Positions 19,428 through 28,860 of a stretch of DNA of 64,000 bases are shown piece after piece; the first letter of the stretch is position 1; each line of letters starts with the position of its first letter. Source of the stretch: Candidatus Woesebacteria bacterium (GTDB lineage Bacteria; Patescibacteriota; Microgenomatia; UBA8517). The DNA is taken from contig CP065002.1 of the NCBI GenBank assembly GCA_016700095.1, positions 643,667-707,666 on the forward strand, in the 5' to 3' direction. The notes below the pieces were generated by a model. That model had not been told where the DNA came from, searched no databases, and saw nothing but the letters and a program-made list of their open reading frames with translations. The position numbers were made by a program, and so were the translations under genes.

Positions 19428-19511
19428 ATAAGTTGTACCATCAATTCTTCTTAAGTAAGCAAAGCTTAAGGTAAATCAAAAGACACCTTCACCACAGAGA
19501 TCATTTGGTAA
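19428..19511 (+). repeat. Intergenic element B2
   Basis: Near-identical to B1. Lies between convergent genes. Confidence 0.6.
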
Positions 19512-19546
19512 ACTGATTATAACTTGAAAACTGTGTATTTGAAGTT

Positions 19547-20275
19547 TTATTGGAGTTTTTGCAATATTTTTTCTCGGTGAAATTGTGTGTTTCTTGTGTT
19601 GGTACCAACACCCAGATAAATTTTGGTACCTTGCACACTTCCCAACATTCCCATTTCCAAAACTATTCCGTAGCCAGGAATGTTTAACTTCCACTGAATA
19701 AAATCTTTACCGAAGCAATCAATCAAATGATTTTCCAGTTCACCTTGTTTCAGTTTGGTGTCTATATCAATTTGAAAATGAGGGCGCCATAAATTTTCAG
19801 AATTGTTAATATCTTCTGTCAAAACAATCTCAAATAATGACGATTCCCAATTAGCAGTATCGCCCACAAATAACCATTTTGTATTTGGATCACCGGACGG
19901 CTCTTCATAAAGATTAAAATAAGTATTTAGCAAGAAGCTTTTAATTAATGAAACTTCAGAATTGATATCCGCCACTGCATAACTTATACCTATATGATTT
20001 AGTCTTAGAAAGGAATCTGACGTTCTACTAAAGAAAATTGCCAATTCTTCCAACTTAATCTTTTTATCCAATTTGTCCGACTTGGCAAATAGTTTGTTGG
20101 TAATATCATGTCCGCACAGGAATACATGATTAGTGGTTATTTCGGCAAGCTGATTGTTTTCGACAAGCAACTTAATTGACCCGTTAGTAACCAATTCGCC
20201 CACTCGTTGAGGATGTATTGTGTTAACCAATTTTAATAGACTTGAAATCTCTTCAATGATGTGCATGAAAACCAT
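19547..20275 (-). CDS. Hypothetical protein
   Basis: Long ORF with no recognised domain. Confidence 0.3.
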   Translation of the reverse strand: MVFMHIIEEISSLLKLVNTIHPQRVGELVTNGSIKLLVENNQLAEITTNHVFLCGHDITNKLFAKSDKLDKKIKLEELAIFFSRTSDSFLRLNHIGISYAVADINSEVSLIKSFLLNTYFNLYEEPSGDPNTKWLFVGDTANWESSLFEIVLTEDINNSENLWRPHFQIDIDTKLKQGELENHLIDCFGKDFIQWKLNIPGYGIVLEMGMLGSVQGTKIYLGVGTNTRNTQFHREKILQKLQ

Positions 20276-20529
20276 TATATCTTATGGAGGCGGTAATTTG
20301 CTCCACTAAGTAACATGCAAAACAAAAAATATATTTACACTTTCGAAATATATTTTATTGAATAAACAACTTGTGCTGGTAACTGTATTTCGAAGGAAGT
20401 ATGACAATTAGTGTGAATTTTTATAGAAGAAGTGCAGTTCCTGCGACTACAATGACCGAACCGATTAACTATGTAATCCGAACGCGGCAATCATACAAAA
20501 TAAACGACATATAAGTTACAATATGTTAT

Positions 20530-20835
20530 ATGTTACAAATTTATGTAGCTCATTCAAGGGATTTTGACTATAAAAGTGATCTTTATGCTCCACTTAGAAA
20601 TTCTCCCCTAAATACACAATATAAGTTTGTATTACCACACGAAACGGACGAGTTTGTAAATTCAAAAGACATTATAAAAAATTCACATTTTGTTATTGCT
20701 GAAGTTTCTTACCCTGCTATCGGTGAAGGTATCGAGTTGGGCTGGGCAGACAGTTTTCTTGTGCCAATATTTTGTATATATAAGGAAGGAAGTAAGATAT
20801 CCGGTTCGTTACAAGCAGTTACTAATTTTATTTAG
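20530..20835 (+). CDS. Nucleoside 2-deoxyribosyltransferase-like protein
   Basis: IYVAHS...VLPHE...VIAEVSYPAIGEGIELGWA resembles the PF05014 layout. Confidence 0.4.
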   Translation: MLQIYVAHSRDFDYKSDLYAPLRNSPLNTQYKFVLPHETDEFVNSKDIIKNSHFVIAEVSYPAIGEGIELGWADSFLVPIFCIYKEGSKISGSLQAVTNFI

Positions 20836-20976
20836 TCGTATTTAGACACGTCAGATATGCTTAATAAAATAGAGCGCTTTTTGTCCCAAAGTAATTTTCA
20901 AGACAGTAAAAACAATTAATCGATCTAAGGGTAAAAAGTAAGTTCTCAAAAAGACAAAGTTAGGGAAATAATAATT

Positions 20977-21366
20977 ATGTCATCACCAACTATATTAAAT
21001 CTAAATTACACTTATAAAAAACCGGATACAGACGTATGGGTTTTAAATACCGAGGATATTCCGATTGATAAAAAGCTTATAAAAGATATGCAAATTATAC
21101 ACTTGGCGCCAAAAAGTATTGGTGGAAATCACAAACACCCTCGTATAGAATGGTTTATCGGTATTGGAGATTTAACTTTTGTCTGGCTTGACGAGAAAGG
21201 AGAAAAATATACTGAGCACATGCATCCCAACGGGCAAATCAGACTTATAACTGTTCCGCCACATATTCCCCATGCAGTAGTCAATGAATCTCAAGATAAG
21301 ACGGCAGTATTGTTTGAAATGGCCGATGGTAAAATGAAAGACGTTGAACAAGTTAAGGTTGTTTAA
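20977..21366 (+). CDS. Cupin-fold protein
   Basis: GGNHKHPRIEWFIGIGD...HIPHAVVNES is a two-His cupin motif pattern. Confidence 0.45.
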   Translation: MSSPTILNLNYTYKKPDTDVWVLNTEDIPIDKKLIKDMQIIHLAPKSIGGNHKHPRIEWFIGIGDLTFVWLDEKGEKYTEHMHPNGQIRLITVPPHIPHAVVNESQDKTAVLFEMADGKMKDVEQVKVV

Positions 21367-21603
21367 TGAAATCTTCTCATATCATCTTGTAGTTTCTTAA
21401 TAAATTACAACTACAAAGCTGGGTTGGGTTTGGCATAGTTATTGGGATAAACTTATTTGGACTCGGTTTTATATTCATCACTCAATAACGAATTTAATAT
21501 AAAAGGATGGTCATCAAACGATAAATCAATTTATCTATTTATTTTCAAATGACAGGTAACCAATTTGTCGAAAGTGCGTCGATTATCAAAAAAGCCGAGG
21601 GTG

Positions 21604-22134
21604 TTACTTTAACTTGGGCAACAGTTCTTTGTAGCGTCTAATTTTTTCAATCTTCGTCATTTGTGCATACCGTGGAGATGGACTAGGTAGTGTGATCAAT
21701 TCAATTTTGGGATATTGGCATATGATATCTTTGAAAACCCGCCGATACGTTTTCTCGACAAATCTGCTGGAAAAAAATATTTTTTCGATCTTATTTTCTT
21801 TTAAAATCTTAGTTATATTGTCAAACGCATAGACAATATTTGTCAGGTTAATATCAAGATTGCTTGTATTTTTTCTTTCACATTGATAAATAATATCCGC
21901 TAAAGCCATATGTATATTCGAAAAAAGCTGTTGCATGGCTTTCCGTGTTGTTAATTTGAGTCCATACACTTCTTCCATGATCGGCCAAAACTGATTTCTT
22001 CCCCCGTTTGAATAAAACCAAACATATGCGGCTTTTTTCGTATCGTCAAAAGCTTCTTTCGTTGTAAAGCTTCCCAACAATAAATACTTTGATTTATTGG
22101 GAATAAAACTACCAAATGGATGTGTCTCGATCAT
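21604..22134 (-). CDS. Uracil-DNA-glycosylase-superfamily protein (putative)
   Basis: YLLLGSFTTKEA near the N-terminus and LPSPSPRYA near the C-terminus resemble UDG motifs A and B. Family not assigned. Confidence 0.4.
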   Translation of the reverse strand: MIETHPFGSFIPNKSKYLLLGSFTTKEAFDDTKKAAYVWFYSNGGRNQFWPIMEEVYGLKLTTRKAMQQLFSNIHMALADIIYQCERKNTSNLDINLTNIVYAFDNITKILKENKIEKIFFSSRFVEKTYRRVFKDIICQYPKIELITLPSPSPRYAQMTKIEKIRRYKELLPKLK

Positions 22135-22311
22135 GTGTTGACTCTTTAAAAAGTGACAAGTACTAACTTTGGTTTCATCAATTACAAGTTTACTATATTT
22201 GCCGCCAATAATTTAAGCTAATAACTCGTGCAATGTGACGCAATAGGCAATGACGTCTTCTACCGACAAAAGTCGTTAGTATCCGTCTTCTTTTAGGGAT
22301 TCGATCTAAAA

Positions 22312-22331
22312 CCACTGATTGAAATCAGTGG
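22312..22331. promoter_or_regulatory. 20-bp palindrome CCACTGATTGAAATCAGTGG, part of a conserved motif about 40 nt upstream of the CPBP gene
   Basis: Perfect inverted repeat. A second copy is at 25327-25344 upstream of another gene. Confidence 0.45.
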
Positions 22332-22370
22332 ATTTAGACTTAACGAGAATAAACCAGATATACTACCTGT

Positions 22371-23030
22371 ATGTCCAGAGTAAAAACGATTGTTTCATTG
22401 ACAATGTTGCCGTTTTTGATTACCGGAATCGAGCGACTAATCATTGCACCTGTCGTGACAATGTTTTCTCTACCGGACACCTCGATAACTTTGATTAAAG
22501 TTGCAACACTAACTATCATTTTATTGGCAATATCTGTGCTTACCGGCAAGTCTTACGGTTTAGAGATTCCAAAGAAATTGCGCAAGGTAATTGCTCTTGC
22601 ATTACTTGTGTTAATTTTAGTTAGCTATTTTTTCTTATATTCTCTTCACATTAAAAATGTTTCTGATTCTCTGGCTGTAATTCACTTGGTCAATTGGATA
22701 ATTGTTGTGTTTAGAGAAGAATTTATTTTAAGAGGTGTTATTCAAACTAAGTCACATGAAGTTATACGAGGTAGCTTGTTAAAAATATCTAAGGCGATAT
22801 GGTTTACAACTTTACTATTTTCACTTTGGCATGTAGTAAATTTGTCTATTTGGCCTTGGCAAACGGTAGCCTTACAAATGCTTTCATGTATTCCATCAGG
22901 TTTGGTTCTTGGATTGATTAAAGAAAAGACAAATACATTACTAACTTATCTTATCCATATCTGTTGTGACCTCTTTTTCTTTTCTATTTACTTACTACTA
23001 TTTGATAAATTATTTTTTGCGTTATTTTAA
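22371..23030 (+). CDS. CPBP-family intramembrane metalloprotease (CAAX protease/Abi)
   Basis: EEFILRG, FSLWHVVN and HICCD motifs on a polytopic membrane protein. Confidence 0.7.
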   Translation: MSRVKTIVSLTMLPFLITGIERLIIAPVVTMFSLPDTSITLIKVATLTIILLAISVLTGKSYGLEIPKKLRKVIALALLVLILVSYFFLYSLHIKNVSDSLAVIHLVNWIIVVFREEFILRGVIQTKSHEVIRGSLLKISKAIWFTTLLFSLWHVVNLSIWPWQTVALQMLSCIPSGLVLGLIKEKTNTLLTYLIHICCDLFFFSIYLLLFDKLFFALF

Positions 23031-23127
23031 ATATATACTTATATTTAATTTTAGTGTGATTTAACCGGATATTAATTTGTAAAACAAACAAATAACAACT
23101 TAGGAAGTACTGATATAATGTGTAGGT

Positions 23128-24147
23128 ATGACCTCGTATTTTTCTACGTTTACAACCGGTTTTAGTGAAGTTGTATCTCAAGCTTTGTTGGAAAACATAA
23201 AAGATATCCACATAGATTTACTGACTGACGGGCTGGTGATTTATAAAACCGCAACAAGACCAAACGAAATAAAGAATCTAAAATATTTCAATAATAGCTT
23301 TTTATTATTAAAACACTATCACAATGTGGACGAGCGTTTTCTATATAAAATCTCAAAAAGTATGCTTTCCGATGACAATATCTTTTCCGATCTTAAAAAC
23401 CATTTCCCTCATCGAACCAGAAGGTTTCGCATACGAGCGGCAATCAAAAATCAGCACGTTTCCCTAGATAAAAATATTGTAAAGAAACTAGAGCATAAGA
23501 TTACTTCGTTGCAAAGTAACTTTGTGGTTGATCGAAGTCTGGTAGATTTGGAAATTCTAATAACCATCCGTAGTGAGGGTTTTGCTTTGGTGGGGGTTCA
23601 GTTTACCGGCAGACCAAATTATGAAAAGACACTAAGTAAAGGCGAACTTTATCCCGAACTTGCCTATATACTCTGTTTAATTTCCGAACCAAAAAAAGAC
23701 GACATCTTTCTGGATCCTTTTGCGGGACATGGGTCTATCACGGCTCAGCGATTATTTTTCCCCCATAAAGAAATACATGCAGGTGAAATTGATAACGATT
23801 TACTGACGAAACTTCGCAAGAAATTTAATGTGAAGGTGATAGTAGATTCGGTTGATGCTCTTAGTTTGAAAGCATTTGACGATAGTTCAATTAACAAAAT
23901 CGTAACCGATCCACCATGGGGATTGTTTGATACGAACAAAGATATTCCTAATTTTTACGCGCTAATGCTAAAGCAGTTTCATCGTGTGCTTAAAGCTGAT
24001 GGAATTATAGTTGTTCTCACCGCCCAAAAAGAGCTTATTGAAAATTTACTTGAAAAATACCCGAGCCGATTGATTCTTGAAAATAAATACACCACGTTGG
24101 TTTCCGGAAAAAAAGCAGGTGTTTATAAAATTAGAAAAATCAGTTAG
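23128..24147 (+). CDS. THUMP-domain RNA methyltransferase (Trm14/RlmL-like, class I SAM MTase)
   Basis: LDPFAGHGSITAQ (motif I) and VTDPPWG (DPPW motif IV), with an N-terminal THUMP-like region. Confidence 0.6.
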   Translation: MTSYFSTFTTGFSEVVSQALLENIKDIHIDLLTDGLVIYKTATRPNEIKNLKYFNNSFLLLKHYHNVDERFLYKISKSMLSDDNIFSDLKNHFPHRTRRFRIRAAIKNQHVSLDKNIVKKLEHKITSLQSNFVVDRSLVDLEILITIRSEGFALVGVQFTGRPNYEKTLSKGELYPELAYILCLISEPKKDDIFLDPFAGHGSITAQRLFFPHKEIHAGEIDNDLLTKLRKKFNVKVIVDSVDALSLKAFDDSSINKIVTDPPWGLFDTNKDIPNFYALMLKQFHRVLKADGIIVVLTAQKELIENLLEKYPSRLILENKYTTLVSGKKAGVYKIRKIS

Positions 24148-24316
24148 TTTTCTCAAAGCTTAATTCAGTATTTATATTTGCATTTCTTGAAAACATGTTT
24201 CTTTAACATAAAAAAACAACCACGGCTTGAATAGCCTTGTTTTCTACTGAAAAGTATGATTACTGCAAGGCTAACGCCACGCTTGTATCACGTTGTTTAC
24301 GAAAAGTTTGAATAGA

Positions 24317-25168
24317 CTACAAAAGCAAAGCCACACCAAGTACTGCAATAACTGAGCCAATTAATTTATTGGTAATATTGTTTCTTTCTTTGAGAATAAT
24401 AAATGCAATAATTGTGGTGATAATTATGCTTGTCGCCCTGAGTGGGCCAATTAGGGACACATTTCCACCTGTTTGATAAGCGAGATAAAGCGTGAGCATT
24501 CCAAAAGCATCGCATAAACTAAGAAGTAAGATTTTAATTGCTTTTTCTTTACGAAAGTAATACTTTAGTTTACGAACAGTCTTTGGTTGCAAAATTAGCA
24601 ATGCTACAACAGGAATAAATTCAGAATAAATAAGATAGTTTGTAGAATCATAAGAATCTAATATGTGAAATCCATTTATTTCACCAATCCCAAACAGGAA
24701 AGATGATATTAGTACAAAAATAATACCCTTATTTATAACTAGTTTTCTTTTTTCAAAGCGTGTAAGCATTACACCAAAAATAATCAAAGATGTCCCCAGA
24801 AGTATTTTAAGAGTAAGTACTTCATTGAGAAACATGTTTGCCCCAATTACGTTCCATAAACGAGCTGTGACAGAAAACATTACCACTTCAGATGCACCAA
24901 TAAGTTGATATGCGCGATATTTAAGTAAATATGCAGGAGTAAAAAGTAAGGCAAGAAGTAAAAAATTTACGGTAAGATTTGGAGAAAATAATAAATTCAG
25001 CTTTCCTTGTATTATTGCAATAATTACTGCAACAGTACCACCTAGACCTAAAAATGCGACAGTTTGTGCTTGTGGACTCGAATTATCATCTTTCAATAAG
25101 CTTCGATGAAATATTCCATTGCATGAGATAAGAATAATACTAATTATAAGATAGATTTGCCAAGGCAT
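24317..25168 (-). CDS. EamA/DMT-family transporter (paralog of 16307..17221)
   Basis: About 70% identical N-terminal region (MPWQIYLIISIILISCNGIFHRSLLKDDNSSPQAQT). Confidence 0.65.
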   Translation of the reverse strand: MPWQIYLIISIILISCNGIFHRSLLKDDNSSPQAQTVAFLGLGGTVAVIIAIIQGKLNLLFSPNLTVNFLLLALLFTPAYLLKYRAYQLIGASEVVMFSVTARLWNVIGANMFLNEVLTLKILLGTSLIIFGVMLTRFEKRKLVINKGIIFVLISSFLFGIGEINGFHILDSYDSTNYLIYSEFIPVVALLILQPKTVRKLKYYFRKEKAIKILLLSLCDAFGMLTLYLAYQTGGNVSLIGPLRATSIIITTIIAFIILKERNNITNKLIGSVIAVLGVALLL

Positions 25169-25326
25169 AAGGTATTATAAACTTGATTTAATTGGTTAAA
25201 CAATCATCCTGAAATCATTAATAATAAATATGAGATGTTTATACATATTCAAATTAACATTATTTGAATAATGCCCCCTACCGACCTGGGGAGACGGTAT
25301 TTGTCTTCATGGATTCAATCCATATC

Positions 25327-25344
25327 CACTGATTAAATTCAATG
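25327..25344. promoter_or_regulatory. Second copy of the palindromic motif (CCACTGATTAAATTCAATGG)
   Basis: Same flanking context (GTCTTC..GGATTCAATC..palindrome..TTAGATTTAATGAGAATAAA) as the copy at 22312. Confidence 0.45.
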
Positions 25345-25418
25345 GTTTTAGATTTAATGAGAATAAATTTTATTAAATTGATAACCAATGACTCAAAGTA
25401 TAAAATAGAGCTATCAAT

Positions 25419-26387
25419 ATGAGCCTTGTGGAAGAAGAACCTAGAGTGGCTTTAATAGATAAAATCATTAAGCCTGACAAAGAAATTACTTTACAAGAAC
25501 ACATAGACAAAGCGATTGGGTCGGGTGAGAAAGTGATCTATCTTGAAGGTGAATTTGAAGTAGACAAACCCTCTTTTAGTCTAGTACGTATCCCCGACGG
25601 AGTGGAGCTTGAAATAGTCGGTATTGGGAATACTGTTTTACGAGGAGATGGCGCATGTCATGTAGTTTTTGTAGGCGATGAGGCAAATGTAACCATGTCT
25701 AATCTTAAAATAGAAGGTGGAAATACAGCGAACACTAAAGGGCGGATGAGTACGGCAAATCATCCGGGAGACAAGTTAAATCTGTTTAGATATTTAGATG
25801 GTGGAGGTATATCAATGGGCAATTCGAAAGTAACTTTAGTGGATTGCGCTATATTAAACAACAATGCCAAGGTGTGTGGAGGTGGTGTTTCTATTATGGG
25901 TGGTCAATTTTTTGCAAAAAGTTGTAGTTTTGTAAATAATACGGCTAACGATACCGGATCGGCGGTAGATGTACTTTGCGCTGGGTCACTTGCACATTTG
26001 ACTAAGTGTAAATTTGAAGACAATAAAGCAAATATAGGTGGAGATGGTAACTACGGTGCTATTACTGCATTTGGGGACACTTATTTGATTGTAGTTGATT
26101 GTGATTTCCAAAATCAGGATGATATGGCGATTGATTATAGATATAATGACCAAGGGAAAAGTTTTATCTATCTAGAAAATAATTTATTGAAAGACGCTAA
26201 GCAAATTACCAATAGACCGAGTGGAAATAACAACACAAGACGTATAACGATCCCCGCCTACGGCGAATTATTGCTTAGAAGAGGTAAATATATAAAACAT
26301 GAGGATGTCCCTCGGGCTAGTGATAGATTCCAAAGAGAAAATCGAGAGTATTATGAAGATTTCCACAAAAATATCGTTAACCACTAA
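25419..26387 (+). CDS. Right-handed parallel beta-helix (pectate-lyase-like) repeat protein
   Basis: Repeated G.GG....N...V.L.DC.I.NN motifs. Confidence 0.55.
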   Translation: MSLVEEEPRVALIDKIIKPDKEITLQEHIDKAIGSGEKVIYLEGEFEVDKPSFSLVRIPDGVELEIVGIGNTVLRGDGACHVVFVGDEANVTMSNLKIEGGNTANTKGRMSTANHPGDKLNLFRYLDGGGISMGNSKVTLVDCAILNNNAKVCGGGVSIMGGQFFAKSCSFVNNTANDTGSAVDVLCAGSLAHLTKCKFEDNKANIGGDGNYGAITAFGDTYLIVVDCDFQNQDDMAIDYRYNDQGKSFIYLENNLLKDAKQITNRPSGNNNTRRITIPAYGELLLRRGKYIKHEDVPRASDRFQRENREYYEDFHKNIVNH

Positions 26388-26698
26388 ATTATATGTGCAA
26401 TAAAGATTGTGATAGAGTATGTAAATATTTAGTATCACGCAGAGTTTATCAAATATAAAAATATGATCGAAGATGAATTTAACGGAGGTCCCAAGGATAG
26501 ACTTCGTAAATATATTAGTGAATTACATGAAAAAGAGGTTTATAATTTACAAGTTCATCTTGAAAGTGGCTTAAGATCACCAATAGATCCGGCATGAGCG
26601 TCAAAAGATAGACTGGCGAGATTAATGGGTGCTACATGGAGTCGACTTGAACAACTTGGCGAAGTGCCTTTGGGAACCGCAAAAGATGAAGATGAAGG

Positions 26699-27769
26699 TT
26701 AAATAAACCTAACCTGCATGCCGTCTTTGGCTTTAGTTGAGAGTGACACCGTTTGTCCGGGAAATTTTGCACCATTCCCCCATATTTTTGCCTGTTTTAT
26801 CTCCTTGGCCATATCCGTACTCACATCATTAATAATTTGATGTAACGTTTGGTCGCGTGCAACAATTATCGGGTTATTAAAACTTGGCTCTTCTTCACGT
26901 CGAACCAGATAAACACGCACAAATGCCAGTTTCTGCCAGATAGCTTCTCTTAATGCTTCCAATCCAATTTCTTTCTCGGCACTGATATTAAGTGCATCCG
27001 GAAGTCTAGCTCGACTATCAACGTCGGATTTGTTTATTATCGTTAACGAAGGTAAGTATGCTCTATTGCTCGCAAATGCATCAATGAGTCTATCCATAGT
27101 CAGTTTTTCTTTGATTGTTACTTCGGCATTTCTGAAGCCGAATTCTTTTGCAACTTCTTTTATCGTTTCCAGGTTTAAGTCTTGTTTGATATTGTTTCTT
27201 AGTTGAATATTGCCTCGAGCTTTTTTCTCGACGGTAACTCTTGGTGGATTAATATCAAGTCGAATGCCATTTCCGTAAAGGGAAGTTTTTATTTTGGCAA
27301 CTTGCTCTAAATTATCAATGTCCGTAATAATTATTATTAGGTCGGCTCCACGGGCAACCGACAAAACTTCTTTGCCTCTACCTTTTCCTTTTTCTGCTCC
27401 GCCAATAATTCCTGGCACGTCAAGTATTTGGATGTTTGCGTTATTGTAATGCATCATTCCGGGAATGACTGTCAGTGTCGTAAACGCGTACGGAGCAATT
27501 TTGCTTTTAGCGTTTGTTAATTTAGTAAGTAAGGTAGATTTTCCGACGGATGGCGGACCGACTAAGACAACGGTTGCATCACCTTGTTTTTTGACGGCAT
27601 ACCCTCCACCACCTCCGCCTTTGGAAATTTGCTCTTTTGCAATTTCTTCCGATTTGAGCTTAGAAATTTTTGCTCTGAGTTTTCCAATATGGTGCTCGGT
27701 ACCTTTGTGGTACGGCGTCTCACGGATTTCCTTTTCGATTGCATCTAGCTGTTCTCTGATAGTAGCCAT
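26699..27769 (-). CDS. DRG-family GTPase (Obg/HflX superclass, DRG/Rbg1 type) with C-terminal TGS domain
   Basis: N-terminal TPYHKGTEHHIGKLRAKISKL matches the DRG signature (TQKNKATEHHLGLLKAKLAKLR). G1 GPPSVGKST, G3 DVPGII, and a TGS-like C-terminus. Confidence 0.7.
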   Translation of the reverse strand: MATIREQLDAIEKEIRETPYHKGTEHHIGKLRAKISKLKSEEIAKEQISKGGGGGGYAVKKQGDATVVLVGPPSVGKSTLLTKLTNAKSKIAPYAFTTLTVIPGMMHYNNANIQILDVPGIIGGAEKGKGRGKEVLSVARGADLIIIITDIDNLEQVAKIKTSLYGNGIRLDINPPRVTVEKKARGNIQLRNNIKQDLNLETIKEVAKEFGFRNAEVTIKEKLTMDRLIDAFASNRAYLPSLTIINKSDVDSRARLPDALNISAEKEIGLEALREAIWQKLAFVRVYLVRREEEPSFNNPIIVARDQTLHQIINDVSTDMAKEIKQAKIWGNGAKFPGQTVSLSTKAKDGMQVRFI

Positions 27770-27845
27770 GGTGAAATTATAGCTAATTTCACAAAAAAAT
27801 GTTTACCCACCCGACTATTGGTTATAGATGGTAGCATGTACGTTA

Positions 27846-28241
27846 TTACTTTTTTGCCTTTTCGGTTTTTGTCCAAACGGTATATTGTACGAAGTTTGCA
27901 ATGGCAGAAAGTATAAATACCCAAACATAGCTGCTTATTCCAAAACCAAATGCAAACGCCATTCTGGCGATGGTCCATAGTGAGACAAAGTTTATGACTA
28001 AATAGACAAGTGCCATATTTGTTTGACCTTTCACTTTTATTTCAAGATCAGTAAATGTTGGCTCGATTTGCCATAAAATGTAATTCCAGACAAATCCGGT
28101 AAATATCGCCGCTTGTATGGGTGTAAACAAATTATTTCCCAATGTAAAATGTGCCGGGAAAAGCAAACTCGCAGAAAAAAGTAACGCGGAATTAGCAACC
28201 CACAACATCATGAATTTTTTGTATCTTTTTATAATAATCAC
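27846..28241 (-). CDS. Hypothetical 4-TM membrane protein
   Basis: Hydropathy only. Confidence 0.35.
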   Translation of the reverse strand: MIIIKRYKKFMMLWVANSALLFSASLLFPAHFTLGNNLFTPIQAAIFTGFVWNYILWQIEPTFTDLEIKVKGQTNMALVYLVINFVSLWTIARMAFAFGFGISSYVWVFILSAIANFVQYTVWTKTEKAKK

Positions 28242-28437
28242 CCCCTGTCATTATTAAGATTATTTTAGATTGAAGTAAGTGTCAATTGAATATTTGTCAG
28301 GTATAATAGATCATAGATTAAATATTAAAAATCAAAGATTAAATATAAAGCATTGATTTCTATGTCTAATTGATCTGGGATAAAGATACGGAAATAGTAT
28401 TACTTGTTGGTTGTTGACTGTTGGGTGTTCACGCAGT

Positions 28438-28457
28438 GCGCCCTTGTAGTTTAATGG
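28438..28457 (+). other. 20-nt duplicate of the 5' end of tRNA-Arg(UCG) (GCGCCCTTGTAGTTTAATGG), about 60 nt upstream of the tRNA
   Basis: Direct repeat of 28497-28516. The segment does not fold as a tRNA. Confidence 0.6.
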
Positions 28458-28497
28458 TTAAGCAAAGCTTGTTGATTAAACTATTTCAAGCCTACAT

Positions 28498-28569
28498 GCC
28501 CTTGTAGTTTAATGGATAGAACACTGGTCTTCGGAACCAGATATGGGGGTTCGACTCCTCCCGGGGGCA
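28498..28569 (+). tRNA. tRNA-Arg (anticodon UCG)
   Basis: GCCCTTGTAGTTTAATGGATAGAAC, anticodon loop CU-UCG-GA, T-arm GGGGGTTCGACTCCTCC, acceptor with two G-U pairs. Confidence 0.7.
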
Positions 28570-28597
28570 CACAATATATATTAAGTATATTACTTTC

Positions 28598-28860
28598 TGA
28601 TACTCGTTTTACTCGTAATAAGCATCTTGATACTCGTTTTACTCGCAATAAGAATCTTGATACTCGTTTTACTCGTAATAAGAACCTTGATACTCGTTTT
28701 ACTCGTAATAAGAACCTTGATACTCGTTTTACTCGCAATAAGCATCTTGATACTCGTTTTACTCGTAATAAGAACCTTGATACTCGTTTTACTCGTAATA
28801 AGCATCTTGATACTCGTTTTACTCGTAATAAGAACCTTGATACTCGTTTTACTCGTATTA
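28598..28860 (+). repeat. Tandem array of a 30-bp unit (TGATACTCGTTTTACTCG[T/C]AATAAG[A/C]A[A/T]C[C/T]T), 8.8 copies, no spacers
   Basis: Read directly. Units differ at 3-4 positions only. The array generates the artefactual repeat ORFs on both strands. Confidence 0.9.

Noticed and set aside
14734-19511. A/B intergenic elements tested as tRNA or tRNA fragments
   Set aside because: No acceptor, D, anticodon or T-arm arrangement is possible. The resemblance to the T-loop is limited to a CGAATC/GATTCG string.
26463-26702. Possible 80-aa protein with internal TGA (MIEDEFNGGPKDRLRKYISELHEKEVYNLQVHLESGLRSPIDPA-TGA-ASKDRLARLMGATWSRLEQLGEVPLGTAKDEDEG)
   Set aside because: Short, with no motif. A 44-aa ORF in a 300-bp intergenic gap. 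Cannot be distinguished from noise without conservation data.
28598-28860. 30-bp direct repeats x9 considered as a CRISPR array
   Set aside because: Units are contiguous with no spacers, and no cas genes are nearby. It is a tandem minisatellite embedded between tRNA-Arg fragments.
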